Positions 1 to 9,475 of a DNA stretch of 64,000 nt are shown here, piece after piece. Each line of letters opens with the position of its first letter. Position 1 is the first letter of the stretch. The DNA is from Plasmodiophora brassicae (taxonomy: Eukaryota). Both the position numbers and the translations under genes were made by a program. The stretch spans positions 1,550,001 through 1,614,000 of the forward strand of contig CP145410.1 in the NCBI GenBank assembly GCA_036867785.1. Direction: 5' to 3'. The notes under the pieces were generated by a model. That model saw only the letters and a list, made by a program, of their open reading frames with translations, was not told where the DNA came from and ran no database searches.

Positions 1-375
1 GAAGTTAGTCGCATCGTTAATCCGGTCGCCTACGAACTCCTGCTCCCGGCATCCTTCCGCATCCACAACGTCTTCCACGCATCCCAACTGGAACCGTACG
101 TCCCGAACGTGATACCCCATCGTGTGCAGCCTCCGCCACCCCCGATTCTGCTCGACGACGACGACCAACCGCTGTTCATCGTGAAGGAGGTCCTGGACTC
201 TCGATATCGTGCTGGTAAGCTGCAGTATTATATCGACTGGGAAGGCTACCCTGCATCCGAGCGCACCTGGGAACCCGCCTCCAACTTGCAGGGCACCGGC
301 GGATTCGATCGCCTGCTCGCGGCATTCCACGCTCGGTACCCAGACAAGCCCGGACCCCGTCTTCGACGCCCGTAA
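1..375 (+). mobile_element. 3' end of Ty3/gypsy (chromovirus-type) LTR retrotransposon pol ORF: integrase C-terminus plus chromodomain
   Basis: Frame 1 is open from base 1 and reads EVSRIVNPVAYELLLPASFRIHNVFHASQLEPY, a typical gypsy integrase C-terminal motif (AY.L.LP...IH.VFH.S.L). A chromodomain follows (FIVKEVLDSRYRAGKLQYYIDWEGYPASERTWEPASNL), and the stop is at 373-375. Confidence 0.9.
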
Positions 376-388
376 AAGGGGACTATTA

Positions 389-514
389 TGTCACGGTCGA
401 GTCGCTGTCTTGGCGACTCAGCCGGCACCTAATTGGGCTCCTCCGCAGCGCACTACTACAATAAACGTCCACGGCGTTGGACCGACCTCAGTCGGTCAAT
501 CCGTGTGGTTGACA
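389..514 (+). repeat. Putative short 3' LTR (126 bp) preceded by a polypurine tract
   Basis: A purine tract AAAAGGGGA lies at 374-382. TGTCA begins at 389 and its inverted terminus TGACA ends at 514, with AATAAA at 460-465. The 5' LTR is outside the window, so identity cannot be confirmed. Confidence 0.6.
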
Positions 515-555
515 CATCTTGCTCTGTCGTCACATAAACCGCAGGCTATTGCTGG

Positions 556-2286
556 TTAAGAGTTCTTCCCGATACTAGAGTTGCTGTCCACATTGAAGTA
601 CTGGAACTGGTATGTGATGGATGACGGCGCACTTATCGCGCTGCTCGGATGACTGCTTAAGGTCGGTCGGACAAGAACGGAGCCAGTCGAGCTAGGCCTT
701 GGCGCCTCCAGCCAGTCGTCCAAGAGGCTGTCGCCATTCGTGGCGAAGTTTGCATACGGGCCTGCAGCATTCCCATCCCCATCGGCAATATTTGCATTGT
801 GGACGGGAGACCCGCCTGGCTGAACTCCATGTCCATCGATAGCCATGGAGGCCTGTGTCGTATGTTGCATCGGCATGCCGTTGTACGTGCCCACCCGCGC
901 ATTCAAGAAGCATAGCACGCCGAACACGATTGCACCCGCGATGGCAGCGCCGACGGCATAGACGTAATGCTCCTTCAGAAATTGCCACGCCATCCTGCCA
1001 TCTTCCATAGCCGTACCCTCCAGCGCCTCTCGCAGCGGGCGAGTCGATGCAGACGGCATGTTCGGAACCATTTCGACAGGCGGTACGGTTCCCTGCGGAC
1101 CTGGTCCACCTGCTGCAGGTTTTCGCGCTGACGTTGGCCTTGGCCGCTGCATGCTTGTTCGAGTGGTCGTGACAAATGTACGTGATAAACGCCGCGATTG
1201 CGTCCGTGCAAGCCGAGCTGTGATCATTCTTGCCGCAGCCGTGCTACTACTTGTGCCGAGTCGAGGCACTTTCGCAACTGGCGATGACGACGTTCGCGAG
1301 CGCCGTCGACGTGCAGATGACATCGTCGATGGTGCAGTACTGCTGACGCCATGGGCGACTTGGCACCGGGGCATTGCCGATGCGGGCGGATAGGATTTCA
1401 GGAACGACGCCGACGATGTGGGTGGTGGCGCAGGAATGCATGACAGCGTTACTCCAGGATTCATGGTCCAGATCCTAGAATGGTGCGATTCCCTCAGTTC
1501 ACAGCATAGCTGCCCAGAAGCCTATAAGGGTCTTCACATGGAGTTGTTGATGGATGTCAGCGGGTCGAATAGATCGCCCGGCATTGATGTGAGGTTGTTG
1601 TAATACAGCTGGAGGTCCTGCAGATGGGACAGGCTTCGGAAGGATCCCGACTGCACCGTTGCCAAACTGTTGCGCTGCAAGGCCCTGTCCCGGATGGTCG
1701 CATCGTTCATGAGAATATGTCGCTGTCATGCATGCGGACACGTATGAGAACGCACAGGGTCACCAACTCGGATAGGCCATCGAACGCGCCCGCTGAGATC
1801 AACGTCAACGCGTTGCCGTTCAGGTACCTGGACGGATGGTCATGCACAACCGCCAACGGGGACCTGACACGCCAGCACTGCTGGCCACGTACAATGCCCT
1901 GAGCGATGACAACGCCACAAAGGTGCCGCTGGGTATTGTCGTGATTGCATTCCCCGATAGGTTCCTAAAATACAGGTTTGACCCCGCTCGCATGAGCCAT
2001 ACCAGCTCCGCATAGCCCGGAGCATGAAACACCTACAGGGTCCGGATGCCTGTCAGGCCCGCGAACCATGTCGAATTGATGGCGACCAGACGGGGCTGAC
2101 CGCTTAGTGCTCTGAAACAATCGTGACCGCCGGCCTGTCAGTATATCCAGATCGAGCAGATACATCGATCGAGTGTTACATGGTGGCCGTCGTGTTCGCA
2201 GCACGACAGGCGGTCGGGTACCAAGAGCACATGTTCGCCTGGACGCCGGCGCAACGCAGAAGCAGGCCGACGAACGTCGCCCGCAT
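556..2286 (-). CDS. Leucine-rich-repeat, single-pass membrane (receptor-like) protein, multi-exon
   Basis: Hydrophobic N-terminus MRATFVGLLLRCAGVQA. Successive short exons encode LRRs: LSGQPRLVAINSTWFAGLTGIRTL, LSGNAITTIPSGTFVALSSLRAL, LNGNALTLISAGAFDGLSELVTL and LQRNSLATVQSGSFRSLSHLQDLQLYYNNLTSMPGDLFDPL. The last exon (556-1464) has an NPGVTLSC cap, an S/T/R-rich stalk and a TM segment YVYAVGAAIAGAIVFGVLCFL. Confidence 0.7.
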
Positions 2287-2637
2287 AATCAGACGGCCGG
2301 GCGCGAAACGCATCATGACGCCCATGGCCATAAGCGGCCCCAAGATATGGTACAGCCGGATGGTATCTTCCGCCGAGATATTGGATTCACGACGTACACT
2401 GGTGGACGCATGCCCCCTGCGGGTGCCATTGAACCTACCGGCTGGCTCGTGTGATGTATTGACGTTACACAATGGGGCGCTGGCCACGAAACATGCGACG
2501 GATAGTGTAGACACGCCTGTGAGGGGTTCGCCATGGACAACAACAACAAGAACAACAATGGACTGACGACTGTCGAACAGGCAGGGACCGATGGTGAGCG
2601 TTGCCGATGAAGGAATGCCCACCAGTGTGCGGGAGGA

Positions 2638-4975
2638 TCATCCCCAGATGGACGCGATATGGTCGTACTGCCCGATGCGCGCCGACGTCGGCGAATGCGA
2701 CGGGCGATTCGTGAGGACCAGCTCGTCCTGCCGGATCTTGGTCAACAACGCCTTCAGGGCTAGGTTCGGGTAGACCGCCGTCAGGTCCAGCGGCAGACCG
2801 GTCAGCGGCGAGAACCCACGGTTCGCCTGGCGGAGCATCTCCAGCGACGACCGATCGTAGGTGACCCCATCCTGGGCGACCACTGGGTCCCGCATGAGCG
2901 CCCCCGTTATCGGACAATGGAATTCCTCTGGCAGCGTCGATGACATCCAGGCCGATGGCGACGGAACCGCCGGGATGGACCAGACTGGGTCGGAGGTCCA
3001 CGATGGCGTCACAGGCACCGATGCGGGCCGCGGCGGCAGCAGCGACGTCGACGACCCTCGACCCGACGATGTGTTCTGCGATCCCGGACGCGCCCATATA
3101 TTACCTAGCAGAGAGCAGCACCCACCGGTCAGTCAGGCAGCGCATCGAGGGCGGTCATTCGTCACCTAGCAGAGATGACGACGCAGGTGTCAGCGGGGTC
3201 GGTGCACACATGGTCGGCACAGGCGACGGGCACGGCGACGACGGCAGCGACACGGACGCTGCCGGCGGCGGCGGGGTCCACATGTGCAGGGCGGTCTCGT
3301 ACCCGGGCAGCAGCATGACGTGCGGGTTGTGCGGGTGATCGGCCGCCAGCGCGAAGATGTTCTCGTGTCGCCTCAGCAGCTTCTTCAGGCCGCCGTACCG
3401 CGTCTTCAGCATCGCCGGCAGCGAGTGGTTGTTCGTCGCGCTGTGCATCAGTGATCCCATCTTGCCGACCGTCACGACGCCATCGTTCTCGCGCAGGATC
3501 TGCACGACCAGCTCGACCAGGTCGCGTTCGCTGATGTCGGGCATGTCGAACTCGCCCGCCTGCAGAATGTGCCGCGTCATCAGCGACAGGTCACCGGTCA
3601 GGCTGTACGACGCGGGCACATGGACGGTCAGGCGCGGCGTCGCCGTCGTCGTCGTCGACGCTCCGTACTTGGCCATGGTGCCGGGTATGAGACGGACGAG
3701 TAGGTCGGCGACGGCGGCGGCCGAGGCGGCGGCGTTCCGCAGGATGGTGACCGCCAGACGCGACTGTTCGGTCAGCTGCGAGCGAATGTGGGCGGCCGAC
3801 CGGCGCGACAACGACGCTGTCAAGTTGTGCGACGGGTTCGTCGGGTCGATGACGTTCAGCAGGCGGCCCGTGAAGACGGCATCGGCCGGCGACGACGACG
3901 ACGTGCCGTACCGGGCGGCGAGCTGCTTGCTGACCAGCGGCTGCACGTTGCTGGGGAACGCGGTCGGATGCTGGCGCACGGGTTCGCTCGTCCTGGGCAG
4001 GCCATGCAGGTAGACGGGGCCGTACAGGTCCCAGGCGTGCCTGTCCCAGTCGAACGCGGCCAGGTACTGCCAGAGCATGACCAGGGCGTCCATCGGTTGC
4101 CGTATGACGTCATGGTACGCGTTGAAGACGGTCAGGACCAGGCAGCGCACGACGTACGACGTCAGCATACCGTGCTGGGCGTCAATGATACGAGCGTCGT
4201 GGCGAGCCCAGGCCTTGCACAGCAGGACGGAGCGCTTGAACAGGTGCTGCTGGTCGACGAGACGGTCGACCTCCTCGAACAGGGCGCAGGTCGACAACCC
4301 GTGCGACACGTTGGCGCTGATCTCGAAGGTGAGGTCGGCGACGCGCGCCCGAATGACCTTAGCAGCATCGGGCGTGTTCCCAGAAACCAGGTCGGCATGC
4401 GACACGTGCAGGCCGGCGTGGGCGGGAGAATCGGGCGTACCAGGGCGGGTCAGGGCCTTCAGGGCGCGCTGTCCCCACGTCTTCTGGTGGTTGTGCGTGA
4501 AGAACGCGCACACGTTGATGTCGGCATCGGGCAAGTACGTCTTCAGCGCCAGGGACCCGTACGGGAAGATCTTGGCGCCCAGCGACTTGCGGATCAACGA
4601 TTCGATATACGACAGGACCTGCATGCGGTGCGCGTCCGAGGCGGGCGTCGGTGTGATCTCAGACATTAGCTGATGGAGCGGCGCGGCACACCATCTGGAT
4701 ATCGGCGACGACAGCGACGAATCGATGGTGGCGTCATAGGTCGACGACGTCGCGGTCGCAGTTGATACTGGACTGGAATCGGCCCAGCAGCAGCCGTTGC
4801 TCGACAATTCCGGCGGCGTTGGGGACAGGGGTGCCGGCGAGGTGGGCGGTGAGGGTGCGGGTGGTCCGCCCGACATTGATGAGAGCGGGACGAGCTGGGA
4901 GACGAACTCGGGCGCGCCGACATGCAGGTCATGGTAGACGGCGGCCGCATCGGGGCCGTGCAGGTCGGTGCCCAT
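2638..4975 (-). CDS. Pol-beta-type nucleotidyltransferase/PAP-OAS1-like protein with a LOTUS/OST-HTH-like domain and a C-terminal U-box (two exons, intron 3105-3165)
   Basis: NTase motif FPYGSLALKTYLPDADINV and PAP/OAS1 substrate-binding motifs LFKRSVLLCKAWA and LNVIDPTNPSHNL. A winged-helix-like segment reads LVELVVQILRENDGVVTVGKMG...YGGLKKLLRRH. Removing the 61-nt GT-AG intron joins this in frame to the U-box PEEFHCPITGALMRDPVVAQDGVTYDR...SPLTG...PNLALK. Confidence 0.75.
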
Positions 4976-6162
4976 ATGGGGCGACGACGTCGACGACGAC
5001 AGCGCTGGACTGCAGTGGCAGTTCAAGGACCACCGGTGGTATCAATGACGGAGTCCCGCGGCGGCGTCGGCATCCAATGGCCACGGCGGCACCGCCTAAC
5101 CCTGCTGCATCTATTATTAGGTGGCCCCCCGTCCAGCCCCGGGTTACCAATGCTGCACTGTGTGACGGCGGCGCAGTCGGCGGCAGTCCCCCCACGCTCT
5201 TTTATGCCCCCCGGGCCCCCAGTCGCGGTGCCGATTCCCGACCCTACGGCACAACCTGCAGTTCCGTCCCGTCGCCGTCGCACCAGGTATACAACTGTGG
5301 AATACGCGGTCGCCAATGACGCTGCTGAGTTCCACGAGCACCCGGTGCCTTCGTTCAGCAACGTCCCGATCTGCCCCAACGTTGTGTATGTGATCGTGCA
5401 TGCACAGCGTCGACGACGTCGTGCATCCAGCCTGCAAATGCCCCTAGTCGGCAGGGACGGCGGCCGTGGGCTGCGCCGCACGGGTACATCGCTAGCTCGT
5501 TGGGCAACCCGCGCCACATACCTATGCAATACAGAGTTTATCGCCATGTTAGCCACATTCAAATTGTACTGGAGGCTGTGACTAAACTAAGTCACATGTG
5601 ACTAAAGTGTGAGCAAATAGGAATAATCGTCCCAGGACAGAGTTGCCCGACACTGATAGGGGCGACCTTGTCTAGTGTGGTCATCTGCACCTTACAGGAC
5701 CTTTTCGTTTCGTTTCGAGACGCAACAATCAACTGTCAGTACTGTGGTTCATGACCTATTTAATGACCTCCGGTGATAAATTAAACGGTCTCGGTGAGGC
5801 CAGTTTGCTGCACTGAACCGAACCTTCGTCAGAAGAGTCGTGGTAAAGACGACGACGATGCTAGGAGTATGAGCCCATGTCCACTGCCGAAGCTCTGACG
5901 GCGGCAAGTTCCTTGCAAGAGTTCGTCGACAGCGTTGATACCTCGAAAGCCGTAAACAGGAGTGTTAGGACGTACTTCTATCGGCGTACGTTGGCATATT
6001 TGTTCCTGGCTTCGTGTGAATACAGCGGGGTTTGGGAATTCGAGGATCGGAGTACCTACATGCATGGGTCCCACTCCCTGCCTCCCTCCCTCCCTCGCGA
6101 GGGCTGTCGGCGTATATTTTTTGCGCTGGCCGGGGTGTGTCGCGGCTTCAGACCGAGGCGGG

Positions 6163-6470
6163 ATGTTGCGCGTCGTTGACCTGGATGTGTACACGGGGCC
6201 GGTGCCGCCGTCCCTGTTCGCCCCATTGTTCATGGTGTCTCTCGTATTCGGCATTGGCCTGCTCGCATATTTCTTCGTGTACGTCCTGCTGAACATGGCC
6301 CGCATCTGAACTTCCGTGTCCTGACGTTTTGGCCCTGGCACAGGTATGAGACAACGGTGAAGGCGAGCCGCCGGTCATTGATCCGCGAGATTGGCCTGGC
6401 CACGGTCGCGTCGTTTGCGCTCAGCACCGGCACTCTGTTCCTGTCCCTGTGGTTCGGCGTCTGGCTATGA
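6163..6470 (+). CDS. OST5: Oligosaccharyltransferase small subunit OST5/TMEM258-like (2 exons)
   Basis: Spliced product MLRVVDLDVYTGPVPPSLFAPLFMVSLVFGIGLLAYFFV-YETTVKASRRSLIREIGLATVASFALSTGTLFLSLWFGVWL*. It is about 80 aa with two TM segments, and matches the Y.xPV.P and R.L..E...A..AS...G..FL.LW.GV pattern of TMEM258. Confidence 0.8.
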
Positions 6471-6542
6471 AGGCAATAATCCCAGTATACTCGGCATGCC
6501 TCCTCTCCCCCCACGCCTGATTCGGTCCCAACGTTTCGTCCG

Positions 6543-7440
6543 CTAGCGCATGGCCATCTGTGTATTGATGTACTGCACGAATGCGCGCGCCATGTCATTG
6601 TCGCGCAGGGCGCCGACTGCGCCCTTGCAATGTGCCAGGAAGTCGCGTCGCATGCGGTGCAATTCTTGGATGCTGACTGGACGGCACAGCCGTACCGGCA
6701 TCGTGCAGGCACCCGTGGCAATCGGCATGTCATACCGACCGGACGTGCATGCCTCATGGATGACCTTCACGATGGTCATCGTCGTGTCGGCAACGCTGGT
6801 CAGGTACCCAACGGGCTCAATGCGCGATACGTCCGTGCAGACCGTCGTCTTGAACGACCCCGGCGTCTCCATCAGTGTCTTGTAGACCGACTCGACCGGG
6901 ACGTCGTCGACGTCGTCCACCGTAAACAACGGCCGATCCCATCGTACGGAGGCGTTGGGCACCTCCAGCCGCCCGCACAGATCGTCGAACGCGGCTTGCG
7001 GGTACTGTTCCGAAGGGTGACGCTCGGATTCCCATTCGCGGCATCGCTCTACGCTGGTATTCACGAAGACGGTGCACTGTGTCGTGCGCAGGGCTCGCGC
7101 GCGGCAGTGCAACTCGTAGCGGAACCCTTTGATCGTATTCAGCGCATCAACAATGACAACCGTGCTCGCCGATAAGACTCGTTCAACAGCGGCGCGCAGG
7201 GCACTTCGTGCCTCACGCTCAGACGTGGATGACAGATATGCCGACCGCGTGATATGGGCGGATTCGTCCGTGACAACCTCGACGGCGCAGCCGCGTGCGA
7301 TCAGGTCGTCCCGGATACGGCGAGTAACGCGGCTGAACAGCGGCATTCAGCAAACGGGGCAGGCGACATCATGTCTGTTCGAGGCGCCGGGCGTACCTCT
7401 TTCCGCTGGACGGGTGGCCAACAATGACGACCAGAGGCAT
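6543..7440 (-). CDS. KTI12: KTI12 (Elongator-associated P-loop protein)
   Basis: The first exon MPLVVIVGHPSSGK carries the P-loop. Downstream motifs are VIVDALNTIKGFRYELHC and RLEVPNASVRWDRPLF, and the C-terminus reads ELHRMRRDFL...FVQYIN. Confidence 0.9.
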
Positions 7441-7524
7441 GGCTGGATCGGGAGCGCCGCGTAACGCCTGGGCTGCACTTCACGGAGTCCGACACGGCGT
7501 CCGTGATGGGCCCGCCCCTGCACA

Positions 7525-8553
7525 ATGGAGGCCTTGCTGGGCATCCCGCCGCCGACCACCTCCCCGCCTCAACTGCAATGCACTATCAGGAATGCGCTCC
7601 CCGACCTCCAGCAATGCCCGCGCATAGCATTCCCACATGCCGTGCAAATGATCGCTCCTGTCCCGCAGTACCCTGCCGATGTCCATGAGAATGACGACAC
7701 GTTTTACTATCATGCCCAGCTACCGCTATCCGTATTGATCGGGGCACAGTTCCTGGACGAGTATGTGCGCCGCGGCACACTTGTTGCAATCTCGCATCCA
7801 GCCGCAATCGACCACGGCAACGTGGTTGCCGTTGCTCCAGGCGGCCGTCTTCTTCTATCCGTCGACGAGGCGACATTCACGACTGTGGGTCTCCCTGGCC
7901 GTCGATCCCGATCACACCCGGATAGGTACGACATCTCGATTGACATCAGGGCGGAGTCGTTTCGCCCTGGAAAACCGCTGTATACACGCGTACAGTGGTG
8001 CCTGAAGCACCGGTACCCGGACCCAATAGGTCTGCTGCTGTCTTATGCTGTCGACGGCCGATGCTCTCCGATATCGCTGCCCGACGGCTACTCTGCCGTT
8101 CGCCTGCCCGCATCGACACGCGTCTCATCGTCCGCGTATAATGGTGTCCCGGACGCGCTACTGCTCCCGCCTGGTGCGATCAGCAGCGACTGCCTCGCCG
8201 ACCTGTCCGACTGGATCGGGCATGTGACGCTCGGCGTCGGCGCAGCACATGATACGGGCGCATCCGGCCAGTGCGCCACCCTGAAGCAGGTCGGTCTCCT
8301 GCCACCGGACCTGCTTCTTCGTCGCCTGGCGGACGGCCGTGCACTGGTCGACTCCGGCCAATGCGACTGGGCCATCGTATCCGCCATCGGGTTCGAGGAC
8401 GCTCCCGTCTCCTGGATCACAAGCAGGGGCGGCCCGCTGGCCATCCATTCCTACGAATACGCCGGCGATCACCACTGCACGATCGTCATCCGTCGCCGCG
8501 ACCCGTCCTGCATCATCATGCAAGGCAGTGCGGCGCATGACCAATACAAATAG
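7525..8553 (+). CDS. RPP40: Ribonuclease P/MRP subunit Rpp40-like
   Basis: Single 342-aa ORF with FLDEYVRRGTLVAIS...IDHGNVVAV..GGRLLLSVDEATFTTVGLPG, FRPGKPLYTRVQWCL and W..VSAIGFEDAPVSW, the pattern of the Rpp40 family. Confidence 0.8.
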   Translation: MEALLGIPPPTTSPPQLQCTIRNALPDLQQCPRIAFPHAVQMIAPVPQYPADVHENDDTFYYHAQLPLSVLIGAQFLDEYVRRGTLVAISHPAAIDHGNVVAVAPGGRLLLSVDEATFTTVGLPGRRSRSHPDRYDISIDIRAESFRPGKPLYTRVQWCLKHRYPDPIGLLLSYAVDGRCSPISLPDGYSAVRLPASTRVSSSAYNGVPDALLLPPGAISSDCLADLSDWIGHVTLGVGAAHDTGASGQCATLKQVGLLPPDLLLRRLADGRALVDSGQCDWAIVSAIGFEDAPVSWITSRGGPLAIHSYEYAGDHHCTIVIRRRDPSCIIMQGSAAHDQYK

Positions 8554-8724
8554 CGACACTTTGTGTGCCACTACAACTGTACCAGTAGGGCAGGCAGGCG
8601 GGAACGTTCCCCTTCACGGCCACCGGCCACTGCAGTGCGACTGACGCTGGCCGACGTCGCGTTCCCCCCCTGGGGTTCAATTAAAAATAGGTCCACGGCG
8701 TCCATCAGTCTGCCGCCGCGCGTT

Positions 8725-9443
8725 ATGTTGCGATTCGTCGCTGTCGTTGCCATCGGCGTCCTCGTCGCTGGCGTCGCCAGTGCCGGGGGCCCGTTGCTCG
8801 CCGTCCGCAAACACGTCGAACACGATGAGATCATGGGGATTGGCCGCCCGATGCACGTCACGATAACCGTGTACAACCTGGACGCGGCCGCGACGGTCTC
8901 GACCGTCACCGTCGACGACACGTCCGCCTGGCCAGCGTCGACCTACACCGTATCGAACGGGACGACGCGGGGCACGATTGCGTCCGTGGCCCCGTCGTCG
9001 TCCGCGGCGTTCTCCTTCACTGTGACGAGCAATGCGGAAACGACGTTGGGCCCGGTGCCCGCCGTCGTATCGTACTCCGTCGGCGGCGACGCCATTCGCG
9101 TGCAATCCACGCCCGCACCACGCCGACCCGTCGTCATACATTCTGAATCCGGGTACCACGGTAGGTTTAGGCGCGGTCCAATGGTGTCCTCGTCGTGGTG
9201 CTAAGCCCGCGTCGTAGATCTAACGTACGCACACCATTTGGAGTACGGCATCTTCGCTATCGTCGCCATCCTCATGTGCGGCATGCCCGCCTCCTACATC
9301 GTCTACGACCGACTCGTCATGACGCACGGTGCGGCCGCCCATCGCGCTGCTGCCCGCCTATCGTCCACCGTCCTGACTGGGGTCCAACAGGCATCCCGAC
9401 CAAGGTCCTGCAGGCTCAGCAGGTCCGCCCCAAGGCATTGTGA
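8725..9443 (+). CDS. SSR2: Translocon-associated protein (TRAP) beta subunit-like, 3 exons
   Basis: Signal peptide MLRFVAVVAIGVLVAGVASA, followed by LAVRK...VTITVYN..A..VTVDD..WP...Y.V..G..IAP.S...FSFTV...PAVVSY. A C-terminal TM segment (HHLEYGIFAIVAILMCGMPASYIVY) follows an intron. Confidence 0.75.
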
Positions 9444-9475
9444 GGAAACGCGGCACCAGTATACACCGCAGACGT

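Noticed and set aside
5877-6179. 100-aa ORF MSTAEALTAASSLQEF... upstream of OST5
   Set aside because: It has no recognisable motif and overlaps the OST5 start, so it cannot be supported as a gene.
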